Origin: Sphingobacterium thalpophilum
GTDB lineage: Bacteria; Bacteroidota; Bacteroidia; B-17B0; Aurantibacillaceae
Assembly: GCA_943325195.2 (NCBI GenBank)
Contig: CALPON020000001.1
Location: forward strand, 1-57,774
Direction: 5' to 3'
Length of the DNA stretch: 57,774 nucleotides
The notes beneath the pieces are model-generated. The model saw only the letters and a list, made by a program, of their open reading frames with translations. It had not been told where the DNA came from and did no database searches. This document shows, one piece after another, positions 28,513-37,478 of the stretch; within the stretch, counting starts at the first letter, position 1; each line of letters starts with the position of its first letter. The translations under genes were made by a program, and so were the position numbers.

Positions 28513-29718
28513 ATGATTCCATTTGCACCTCCTAGAATAGATGATCTGATCACGGATGAAGTTGTTAAGACACTCCGCAGTGGCTGGATCACGACGGGAC
28601 CGAGGACAAAAGATTTTGAAAAAAAAATTACTGCTTATTGCGGTAACAAAGCCACGCTTTGTCTGAATTCGGCAACAGCGGGACTCGAGATTATTCTTCG
28701 CTGGTTTGGCGTGAAAGCAGGCGATGAAGTGATTCTTCCTGCTTATACCTACAGTGCTACAGCAAATGTCATTATGCACTGCGGGGCGAAGCCCGTTTTT
28801 GTGGATGTTCGGCCCGATGATTTTAACATCGCATGTGAAGCTATTGCAGCTGCCATAACGCCGCAGACAAAAGTGGTGATGCCTGTCGATTTTGCTGGAA
28901 TGCCTTGCGATTATGATGCTATTTTGAGTGTTCTAGAAAATGCAAAGGGTCTGTTTCGTGGTGAGTCGCAAGAGCAGAAACAGTTGGGTAGGATTTTGTT
29001 ACTCAGTGATGCAGCGCATTCCTTCGGCGCTGAATACAAAGGAAAAAAAACAGGCGTCCTTGCAGATGTCAGTGTTTTTTCATTTCATGCCGTTAAAAAC
29101 CTGACGACCGCAGAGGGTGGGGCAGTTGCTCTAAACCTTCCTAAACCTTTCGATAACGCAGCGCTTTACAGTAAACTTTGTATCACCACACTCCACGGTC
29201 AAAATAAAGATGCCCTCGCAAAAACTCAGAAAGGTAACTGGCGTTACGATATTGTGGAAGCAGGCTATAAATGTAATATGACGGACCTGAGCGCAGCCAT
29301 TGGATTAATTGAACTGGCTCGTTATGACCATGACACACTGGTAAAACGGCGTGCCATTTGTTTAAAATACTCCGAATTGCTTTCTGCCGATTCCCGCCTG
29401 CAGTTACCTATGTTTGAAACGGGAGATCGTAAAAGTTCTTTTCATCTCTATCCCCTGCGAATTAAAAACATCAGCGAAGAACAACGCGATGCCATCATTC
29501 GCGAAATGTTTGATGCAGACATCAGTGTCAACGTTCATTTTATTCCCGTTACATCCATGAGCTTTTATAAAAACCTGGGGTATCGTACCGATGATTTTCC
29601 TGTGACTTATAATAATTACAGCCGGGAAATGTCTCTGCCTATTTTTTACGATCTGACTGAGACGCAAATTAAACTTGTGGCGGACACAGTATTGAAAGCG
29701 GTCCAAAAAATATGCTGA
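28513..29718 (+). CDS. DegT/DnrJ/EryC1/StrS family PLP aminotransferase
   Basis: SGWITTGP, NSATAGL, DAAHSFG, FSFHAVKNLTTAEGG (PLP Lys) and GYKCNM motifs. Confidence 0.93.
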   Translation: MIPFAPPRIDDLITDEVVKTLRSGWITTGPRTKDFEKKITAYCGNKATLCLNSATAGLEIILRWFGVKAGDEVILPAYTYSATANVIMHCGAKPVFVDVRPDDFNIACEAIAAAITPQTKVVMPVDFAGMPCDYDAILSVLENAKGLFRGESQEQKQLGRILLLSDAAHSFGAEYKGKKTGVLADVSVFSFHAVKNLTTAEGGAVALNLPKPFDNAALYSKLCITTLHGQNKDALAKTQKGNWRYDIVEAGYKCNMTDLSAAIGLIELARYDHDTLVKRRAICLKYSELLSADSRLQLPMFETGDRKSSFHLYPLRIKNISEEQRDAIIREMFDADISVNVHFIPVTSMSFYKNLGYRTDDFPVTYNNYSREMSLPIFYDLTETQIKLVADTVLKAVQKIC

Positions 29719-30305
29719 AAAGGCTGTTTGATATTTTTGTTTCATTTACGGGACTTCTCCTTCTTCTTCCACTGTTCTTTATAATTGGACTTGTAGTTCG
29801 ACTTGGTTCGCCTGGTTCTGTCTTTTATCGTCAACAGCGCGTTGGAAAAAAGGGGCAGCTTTTTCGAATCTTCAAGTTCAGGACCATGCAACCGAATTCT
29901 GATAGTAAAGGCCTTCTCACCGTAGGTGGTCGAGATCCCAGAATAACCCGAAGCGGTTATTTTTTAAGGAAATATAAGCTGGATGAATTACCACAGTTAT
30001 TAAATGTACTGATCGGCGATATGAGCTTTGTCGGGCCGCGTCCCGAAGTGAAAAAATATGTGGACTTGTATACGCCGCAAGAGCTGCAAGTGTTGAATGT
30101 ACGTCCAGGGATTACGGATTATGCGTCGCTAGAATATTTCAGTGAAAATGAACTACTGGCCACTTCAGACGATCCTGAAACGACCTATATTCAAGAAATT
30201 ATGCCCGCGAAGTTAAAATTAAATGCCCGTTACATAGAGGAGGCCGGTTTATTAACGGATGTGAAGATTATGGGAAGAACTATTTTGAAAATTTTCACTT
30301 CCTGA
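29712..30305 (+). CDS. Sugar transferase (PglC/WbaP-type phosphoglycosyltransferase)
   Basis: KRLFDI, FKFRTM, DPRIT, LDELPQLLNVLIGDMSFVGPRPE and RPGITD motifs. Confidence 0.93.
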   Translation: MLKRLFDIFVSFTGLLLLLPLFFIIGLVVRLGSPGSVFYRQQRVGKKGQLFRIFKFRTMQPNSDSKGLLTVGGRDPRITRSGYFLRKYKLDELPQLLNVLIGDMSFVGPRPEVKKYVDLYTPQELQVLNVRPGITDYASLEYFSENELLATSDDPETTYIQEIMPAKLKLNARYIEEAGLLTDVKIMGRTILKIFTS

Positions 30306-31338
30306 CAGCACCCAGGCTCATGAGTGCACAGTAGGCCGGCTTGGGCATATACTCATTGTCAAATAATAAGGGTCTGGCTTTGTTTGAATCTTCACTGAGC
30401 CACGAATCTTTGTCACTTAAGCCCCAGAGTGTAATTCCGAATTGTTGATCGGGAGGTAGGGTTTGAAATAGCTGAAAGACAAAGCGGTAACGTTCACTTT
30501 GTTTCATTAATAAGTCCGCCTTTTTTTTTATAGTCGTCTGCGGTGTATTCAGACGCACATCCAATTCAGAGAAATGTAATCGAAAACCTGCATCTGAAAT
30601 CAGGCGACAGGCTTCTTTTAATTCTTCTTCCCGTGGCGAATTGAGGCTAATGTGCATCTGCAGCCCAATGCCATCAATACGAATTCCTTCTGCTCTTAAT
30701 TTCCGCAGGTGCGCCAAAACCGCATCCAATTTGGGACCCGGCACCTCTAGGCCATAATCATTGTAGAATAGCAGGGCGGCGGGATCTGCTGTCTGTGCGG
30801 TCTGAAATGCTTTTCTAATATAACTTTGACCGGTCTTATTAAACCAGATTGTTTCCCTGAAACTTCCGTCGTCATTAAAAGCTTCATTGACGACATCCCA
30901 ACTGGCAATTTTGCCCTTACAGTGTTTAACGACGGTGTCAATATGTCGGCACATGATGTCGCTGATTTCCTCTGGCTGATGATGTTTATTGTGCATCCAA
31001 CGCGGCAGCTCCCGATGCCAAATAAGTGTATGGCCGTGCAGTCGGATATTTCTTTCTTCGCAAAAACGCATCAGTTCGTCAATCTCTTGAAAGGCAAATT
31101 GTTCGGGGAGCGGCTGAATAAAAGAAGCTTTAAGAATGCGTTCAGGACTAAAACTATTAAATTCTTTTATCGCCAGTTGCCAGTATTTTTCGGAAAACTT
31201 CAGCTTCTCGCTATCCAAGGCCAGACCAACGGGAAAGGAAAAGTGCTGATGAAGACCGCTCGCTTTACAGTCAGAAAATAGCGCAGAGACCAGGTCGCTT
31301 ATAAAAAATAAAAAAGATAACAGAAAGAGGCGTGACAC
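30295..31338 (-). CDS. GH10 endo-1,4-beta-xylanase-like glycoside hydrolase
   Basis: GHTLIWH, WDVVNEA (acid/base), FYNDY, IDGIGLQMH, SELDV (nucleophile) and WGLSDKDSW motifs, plus a signal peptide. Confidence 0.9.
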   Translation of the reverse strand: MSRLFLLSFLFFISDLVSALFSDCKASGLHQHFSFPVGLALDSEKLKFSEKYWQLAIKEFNSFSPERILKASFIQPLPEQFAFQEIDELMRFCEERNIRLHGHTLIWHRELPRWMHNKHHQPEEISDIMCRHIDTVVKHCKGKIASWDVVNEAFNDDGSFRETIWFNKTGQSYIRKAFQTAQTADPAALLFYNDYGLEVPGPKLDAVLAHLRKLRAEGIRIDGIGLQMHISLNSPREEELKEACRLISDAGFRLHFSELDVRLNTPQTTIKKKADLLMKQSERYRFVFQLFQTLPPDQQFGITLWGLSDKDSWLSEDSNKARPLLFDNEYMPKPAYCALMSLGAVRK

Positions 31339-31369
31339 ATTTGGATGCCCGCAATTTTGAGGCCAGCTT

Positions 31370-31377
31370 CAAATTTA
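31370..31377 (-). promoter_or_regulatory. -7 promoter box TAAATTTG upstream of the GH10 gene
   Basis: Exact TAnnTTTG on the minus strand about 30 nt upstream of the start. Confidence 0.5.
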
Positions 31378-31668
31378 CAAGTCTCAGGCCTTACAATAAT
31401 TTCTGCTTTGCCTCATTAGACGACTACTGCTGTCGTAGGACATCATCGGACTTTCACCTAATAATCCACTCTAGTTCTATAGTTTTTTGCCTATTTTTTC
31501 AGCAACTGCATCAGAAAATAAATTCACATTCCTTACCCTAACGGAATCTTGTACTGCTCTCCGCAGAAAAAAAACGCTCACGGATAATTGATCAATAGCG
31601 TCTATTTAGTTTGGAGCGATGGAAATTTTGAAGTTCTTGCCTACTTCAAAAACTAAACTTGGTGAACG

Positions 31669-32514
31669 TTAATTAAAAACCTCTGCAAGCTGAAAAGATG
31701 CCTTCTGGCGAATACCTTTTTCAGTGCGTTCAATCTGCGCGCATTCAATTAGTGGATCGTGCTCAAAAAAGAGGGTCCAGTTTTCTGCGACTGCTCTGTT
31801 TAGTACGGTTTCTTTTTCCTGTAGGGTGAGCAGGGGACGGGTGTCATAAGCCATTACGTATGGCATTGGCAAATGTCCGGCGCTTGGAATTAAATCCGCC
31901 ATAAAAGCGAGGGTCCCTTTGGCATGCTGAATGAGGGGTAACATCATTGCCTCCGTGTGTCCGTTGACTTCTATAAAACTTAGGCCTTCAATAATTTTTG
32001 AATCTTCAAAAAGCTCAACCATTTGTCCGCTCTCCTTAATCGGCATAATGTTCTCCTTCAGAAAACTTGCTTTTTCACGAGGATTTGGATTGACCGCCCA
32101 GTCCCAATGTTTGGGATTAATATAATAATGTGCATTTTTAAATGCGGTACTTAATTTGGTTCTGTCTTCATTATAGTCAATACTTCCGCCACAATGATCA
32201 AAATGCAGGTGGGTAAGCACAACATCCGTTACATCCTCTCTACTAAAACCTAATTTATTGAGTGAGTTATCCAGACTATCATTCCCGTGCAAATAATAGT
32301 AGCCGAAAAATTTTTCGTCCTGCTTATTTCCCATGCCATTATCAATCAGAATGAGTTTGTTACCTTCTTCAATTAAAAGACAGCGCATGGCCCAACTGCA
32401 CATGTTGTTTTCATCAGCGGGGTTAATTTTATTCCACATACTCTTTGGCACAACGCCAAACATAGCACCCCCATCCAGCTTAAAATGACCGGTGTTTACG
32501 GTATACAATTTCAT
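31669..32514 (-). CDS. MBL-fold metallo-hydrolase (YtnP-like)
   Basis: LDGGAMFGVVPK, THLHFDHCGG (HxHxDH), GHT, AYD and FEHD motifs. Confidence 0.9.
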   Translation of the reverse strand: MKLYTVNTGHFKLDGGAMFGVVPKSMWNKINPADENNMCSWAMRCLLIEEGNKLILIDNGMGNKQDEKFFGYYYLHGNDSLDNSLNKLGFSREDVTDVVLTHLHFDHCGGSIDYNEDRTKLSTAFKNAHYYINPKHWDWAVNPNPREKASFLKENIMPIKESGQMVELFEDSKIIEGLSFIEVNGHTEAMMLPLIQHAKGTLAFMADLIPSAGHLPMPYVMAYDTRPLLTLQEKETVLNRAVAENWTLFFEHDPLIECAQIERTEKGIRQKASFQLAEVFN

Positions 32515-32530
32515 AAAACCAATGTAAAAG

Positions 32531-32555
32531 TAAACCCGCCTTGTGAGCGGGTTTA
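32531..32555 (-). terminator. Probable Rho-independent terminator after the M43 gene
   Basis: Inverted repeat TAAACCCGC-cttgtga-GCGGGTTTA immediately after the stop at 32560. Confidence 0.7.
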
Positions 32556-32559
32556 TCGG

Positions 32560-34842
32560 TTAGTGTTTAAGGACAATTTTCTTGACTACCTTTTCTCCGC
32601 TGCCTGCAATTTCAGCGAAGTAGATGCCATCACTATAACGACTCAGATCGAGGTCGAGCACATTATTCATTACATTTCCAATCTCGGAATTAACGAGTTC
32701 CTGGCCCATGGAATTGCGGATGCTTAGTCGCAAATTCTGTGAACTACTCAGTGTAAAGATTAGCTGGAAAATACCTGAGCCGGGGTTAGGCAGAATCATA
32801 AAACCTTTCTGCAGTTCCGAAACTTGTTCGGCGATACCGTTGATGCCACTGCAGGTAATTTGCGGCAGTATGGCTAACTGCACGCGGGCCTTGCGACCGC
32901 TTCGGAATGGTTTCCAACTATTATTGTATTGTAAAAACCAAGCACTGCTGTCCACCGCCGAATTGTAGCGTGTATTACTGAAAATATTAATGGAATCGAG
33001 CGCTGAATTAGTAGGACTTTGAACTGCCGCAAAGAAGCCCGAGGTGCTATTGACTAGCACTGGTGAAGCAAAATCAAATTTAAACGGAATAATCTTGCTA
33101 TTGGTAAGTGGCGGGAGGTTGGGTTTGCCTACATAGCCTATGCTTAGGACTTTTCCAGCTTGGCCAATAATTTTACCGAGACTATCATTGCGCTGCGAAA
33201 TCAATCCACCTGGTCCCTGGGTCACACTGCCACCATATAGTTTGCAGGTAATTTGGGAGGCAGGGTTCGCTGCGTTAGTACCAAGACTATCAAATAAAAC
33301 AATCACACTATTTATCTGTGGGTAGGGGACAGAGGTATAGTTGAGGGGCGAAAAGTATTGGGCAAATTCCTTGTCCTTATAACAGTTAGTTCCCGCCAGA
33401 TAACCGGTTGGACCAGTCTGACAGCCACTCACAGTAGGGTCATTTGGTAGACGGTAGGTCGTCAGGGTGTCTATTTTTTTGATTGCTTTTAGGGTGTCAA
33501 TGCAAGGGGACAGACTGGTGCAATTTCCAAATGCCGTCACAATCATTGAATAAGTTGAAGAGGTAATGCTGTTGGTTGCTACTAAGGATAGGGTGTAGGT
33601 ACCAGGATTGGTGAGGAGGACGCCAGGATTTGGAACAGTTGCATTTGGCGTAAAATTAGCTGCTGGTGAGGCACTCCAGAGAAAACTTGGACTTGGAGAA
33701 CCAGAAGATGTATTAAAAGGATAGAAATAGCTATTGAGACATTGCGAGCCATTCAGATTAAAGGAAGCAATGGCAGAAGAAGTTGGCGAAGCAGAGGTAG
33801 GGTTGCATTTGCCGTGCGTACCCAGTACATTTCTGAAAGGCGACTGGCTTAAAGCGGTTTGCATACGGATATTTTGTTCGTTGGTGAACATGTAGCGGGT
33901 GATATCATCCGTCATATCCATAAAATTCATAAACATGATACCGTTGGGTGCTGTATTAGACCCACATTGGTCCACACCAAAAGGATGTGTCGGTACACCA
34001 TAATACGCCTGTTTCTGCTGTGGGGTATCATTTACATAATCAGAGAGGCAGTTGCCGTCCCCCCAAATATGTCGAAGTCCCATCCAGTGACCTAGTTCAT
34101 GTGTGCAGGTCCGCCCGAAATCAGTTGGCGAAACGACACCAATGTTTCCGAATGCTTTCGTGTAAACCCAGATTCCATCTGTAGTAGCGGTACCGAAGTT
34201 AGTTCCCCATAAACCACTGAGTGAACTTGCGGAAGGGTAACTTGCAAATCCATTCAAGGAATATCCTGGGGGTTTATCACTGATCCAGATGTTTAAATAT
34301 TTTGTGGGATCCCAGATGGTGGCTGGCATAATGGTGCTATAAAAATAATTCTTCAGGTCCAGAGTAGGGGTACCGGGACTTAGCCAGCTTAGTGTATTTG
34401 CATTCACGCGGTGCACGCCTTTCTCTGGCATCGCATTGTCCTGCGGATCTTTGGAAGCCAGACAAAAAGTAATTCCTGTATTGGCTTTCAGGCCAGCAAA
34501 TACGGTGGGTACGGAAGCACTGGTCAACCCGGTACCTGCAAAGTCTTTGTTTAAGATGGCAATCTGACTCTTAATCTGATTACTATCTACATTTGGAAAA
34601 GTACCATAGGTCTCTCCTGTGTAAATCACATGCACAACAACGGGAATGGTGGTGTTATAGCCGCGGTTACCGCTTTGCTGGGACGCTTTGTATTCTGCCA
34701 TCTTCTCCTGCATCCATTGTTCCCACTGTGCAGCAGGGACTCCGGTACCGCAGGCTCCGGCATTAAATTGTGGCGTTTGTGAACTTAGGGTTAAGGAACC
34801 GAGCAGTGCAACCAGAAATAATTGTAATTTAATACGCATCAT
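32560..34842 (-). CDS. Second M43 zinc metalloprotease with PKD-like domain and T9SS type A CTD
   Basis: Signal peptide, propeptide CGT, TIPVVVHV, HELGHWMGLRHIWGD, MNFMDM, and C-terminal LPNP...DGIYF...KKIVLKH. Confidence 0.9.
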   Translation of the reverse strand: MMRIKLQLFLVALLGSLTLSSQTPQFNAGACGTGVPAAQWEQWMQEKMAEYKASQQSGNRGYNTTIPVVVHVIYTGETYGTFPNVDSNQIKSQIAILNKDFAGTGLTSASVPTVFAGLKANTGITFCLASKDPQDNAMPEKGVHRVNANTLSWLSPGTPTLDLKNYFYSTIMPATIWDPTKYLNIWISDKPPGYSLNGFASYPSASSLSGLWGTNFGTATTDGIWVYTKAFGNIGVVSPTDFGRTCTHELGHWMGLRHIWGDGNCLSDYVNDTPQQKQAYYGVPTHPFGVDQCGSNTAPNGIMFMNFMDMTDDITRYMFTNEQNIRMQTALSQSPFRNVLGTHGKCNPTSASPTSSAIASFNLNGSQCLNSYFYPFNTSSGSPSPSFLWSASPAANFTPNATVPNPGVLLTNPGTYTLSLVATNSITSSTYSMIVTAFGNCTSLSPCIDTLKAIKKIDTLTTYRLPNDPTVSGCQTGPTGYLAGTNCYKDKEFAQYFSPLNYTSVPYPQINSVIVLFDSLGTNAANPASQITCKLYGGSVTQGPGGLISQRNDSLGKIIGQAGKVLSIGYVGKPNLPPLTNSKIIPFKFDFASPVLVNSTSGFFAAVQSPTNSALDSINIFSNTRYNSAVDSSAWFLQYNNSWKPFRSGRKARVQLAILPQITCSGINGIAEQVSELQKGFMILPNPGSGIFQLIFTLSSSQNLRLSIRNSMGQELVNSEIGNVMNNVLDLDLSRYSDGIYFAEIAGSGEKVVKKIVLKH

Positions 34843-34930
34843 AGCTTCAGATTAATTGTTCTAAATTAAAGGAAAAAAATCAGATAGAAAAATAATTCAC
34901 TCAGTCAAACCCCCTCTCAACTCTGTTAAC

Positions 34931-37303
34931 TTATTGTTTAGTGAGTTTTGCAAACTTCAATAATAAACTTTTTATGCCGCCTTGAGCAAACTGAATGGTC
35001 GCCTTGGTTTCAGGCCAGGGACCTTCCAATGAAATCACTTCTCCGCTTCCAAATTTCTCATGATAGACCTGATCTCCTTTTTGTAGACTTTGATTAACTG
35101 CTAGGTCGGCACTACCGGACCCCAACCGGCCCGCTTTATTTAAACTGATCAGCTTCTTCTGTTGCGGCTGAAAGTTGAGTGTCTTCTGATTCCGGGTTTC
35201 TTGCTGATAAGCCTCGCGGAAGCGATCAAAGGTCTGCGGTGAAAAGGAGGGGGATTCCGGTTCTTCCGCAAAATCCAGGTATTTGTCGTCTATCTCATCA
35301 ATGAATCGGCTTGGTTCGCAATAAGTCACATTTCCATATCGGTAACGCATCCCAGCGTAGCTAAGCGTAGCCTGTTTTTCAGCGCGGGTAACGGCCACGT
35401 AAAATAAGCGCCGCTCCTCTTCCAAATCTGCCCGATTATTGATGGATAACTGAGAGGGAAATAAATTCTCTTCCATTCCCACGATATACACAAAAGGAAA
35501 TTCAAGCCCTTTGGCCGCATGAATGGTCATCATGCTTACCTTATCATTGTCGGTGTCTTTCTCATCTTCCTTATCCACAGTGGTCAATAAGGTGATCTCC
35601 TGCATGAACTCGTCGAGGGTTCTAATGCTCTTATCGGGCGGAATTAACTCCATACTCATGGCCGCATCCGTATTTTTAATCACTTCACTGAGTTCGTCTT
35701 CTTGCGGACTACGTTCCTGTTCGGAAAAATCTTTCAGACCATTTAATAGTTCCTGTACGTTTTCATAACGATTTGCGCCCTCTGGCGTTTTGTCCGCAAA
35801 CAACTCCCGAACAATACCTGAATTAACCGCGATGTGATTGCCCATCTCATAAGCGTCCTTATGTGGAAGCAACAAGCTGAAATTCTGAATCTGTGAAACA
35901 AAATCAACGATCTTGGCGGTAATACCTCCATTAATGCCCAGTTGAAAATCCTTTAAGTGCGAAATGACGGTCCACATACTGACATCGTGCTCTGCGGCAG
36001 CAATGGTGATCTTGTCGATTGTGGATTGTCCAATCCCACGGGCGGGGTAATTAATAATCCGGCGCAGGCTCTCTTCATCGTTCGAATTAATGCTGAGACG
36101 AAAATAGGCGAGTACATCCTTCACTTCTTTTCGCTGGTAAAAACTTAGTCCTCCATAAATCTTGTAGGCTATGTTTAGACGGCGCAGGGCTTCTTCAAAG
36201 GAGCGCGACTGGGCATTGGTACGATACAGAATTGCAAAATCCTTGTTATTGGCCCCTTCCGATTTTTTTAATTCATAAATATTGGACGCAATTTTCTGCC
36301 CCTCTTCACTGTCGGTACTCGCGCGGACGACTCGCAACTTCTGCCCTTCATCATTTTCAGTGAAGACATTTTTTTCAAACTGGTCCTTATTATTGGCAAT
36401 AATCTGATTCGCAGCACCCACAATCGTTTTGGTACTTCGGTAATTCTGTTCTAGTTTAAACATTTTGAGATCGGGATAGTCTTTCTCAAAATTTAAGATG
36501 TTCTGTATGTTTGCGCCGCGAAAGGCATAAATACTTTGTGCATCGTCTCCCACCACGCAAATATTCTGAAAGCGCGCCGCCAGCTGCTTTATAATGAGGT
36601 ATTGGGAGAAGTTGGTATCCTGATACTCATCCACCAAAATATATCGGAATTTGTTTTGGTACTTATAGAGCACATCCGGAAAATCGCGCAACAACACATT
36701 GGTCTGAAACAATAAATCATCGAAATCCATTGCTCCAGCTTTAAAATTCCTTTTCTGATAGGCTTCGTATATTTTTCCAAGCAGGGGTTTCCGGCTGCTT
36801 AAATCTTCCTGCTGGGTCACCGGATTGTTAAGGTATTGCAAAGGTCCTACAAGTTTATTTTTCGCATCGCTGATACGGTTTAAAACCAGACTGGCCTTGT
36901 ACACCTTATCATCCAGATTAAATTGCTTTAAAATATCCTTAATAACACCCTTGCTATCATCGGTATCATAGATGGTGAAGTTGTGGGGATATCCCAGTTT
37001 TTCAGCTTCCATGCGAAGAATTTTAGCGAAGACACTGTGAAAAGTGCCCATCCAGAGATTTTTTGACTCTTTCTGACCCACCAATTTTCCAATCCGCTCT
37101 TTCATTTCTTTCGCCGCTTTGTTGGTGAAGGTGAGGGAAAGGATATTAAAAGCATCCACTCCTTTCTCCATGATGTGCGCAATTCGGTACGTCAGAACCC
37201 TAGTTTTTCCCGAGCCGGCACCGGCTATGATCATAATCGGTCCCTCTGTGGCTGTTGCAGCCGCTTTCTGTAATTTATTCAGTTCGTCTAAAAAATGATC
37301 CAT
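34931..37303 (-). CDS. uvrD: ATP-dependent DNA helicase UvrD/PcrA
   Basis: AGAGSGKT, TFTNKAA, VDEYQD, VGDDAQSIYAFRGA, LEQNYRS, TIHAAKGLEF and EERRLFYVAVTRA motifs, plus a C-terminal Tudor-like domain. Confidence 0.95.
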   Translation of the reverse strand: MDHFLDELNKLQKAAATATEGPIMIIAGAGSGKTRVLTYRIAHIMEKGVDAFNILSLTFTNKAAKEMKERIGKLVGQKESKNLWMGTFHSVFAKILRMEAEKLGYPHNFTIYDTDDSKGVIKDILKQFNLDDKVYKASLVLNRISDAKNKLVGPLQYLNNPVTQQEDLSSRKPLLGKIYEAYQKRNFKAGAMDFDDLLFQTNVLLRDFPDVLYKYQNKFRYILVDEYQDTNFSQYLIIKQLAARFQNICVVGDDAQSIYAFRGANIQNILNFEKDYPDLKMFKLEQNYRSTKTIVGAANQIIANNKDQFEKNVFTENDEGQKLRVVRASTDSEEGQKIASNIYELKKSEGANNKDFAILYRTNAQSRSFEEALRRLNIAYKIYGGLSFYQRKEVKDVLAYFRLSINSNDEESLRRIINYPARGIGQSTIDKITIAAAEHDVSMWTVISHLKDFQLGINGGITAKIVDFVSQIQNFSLLLPHKDAYEMGNHIAVNSGIVRELFADKTPEGANRYENVQELLNGLKDFSEQERSPQEDELSEVIKNTDAAMSMELIPPDKSIRTLDEFMQEITLLTTVDKEDEKDTDNDKVSMMTIHAAKGLEFPFVYIVGMEENLFPSQLSINNRADLEEERRLFYVAVTRAEKQATLSYAGMRYRYGNVTYCEPSRFIDEIDDKYLDFAEEPESPSFSPQTFDRFREAYQQETRNQKTLNFQPQQKKLISLNKAGRLGSGSADLAVNQSLQKGDQVYHEKFGSGEVISLEGPWPETKATIQFAQGGIKSLLLKFAKLTKQ

Positions 37304-37478
37304 CCTCTAAAATTGCTAATTTTTTTGGTTCTGGATTTCACAGAAAACAAGAAAGATTTAAACAAAACTCTTTGTTCCCTCAATCATTCAGGGCATTTAG
37401 TAAGTCATTTTATAAAAACAGGCTTAAATCGTGCGTTTTTACTTTTTGAATGTTATTTTTATAATAGCCGGTACATGA

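Noticed and set aside
31339-31668. 330-bp intergenic region with a 69-aa ORF and a short palindrome ATTGATCAAT
   Set aside because: The ORF has no coding features, and no riboswitch, IS end or repeat is recognisable. Only the GH10 promoter box is supportable.
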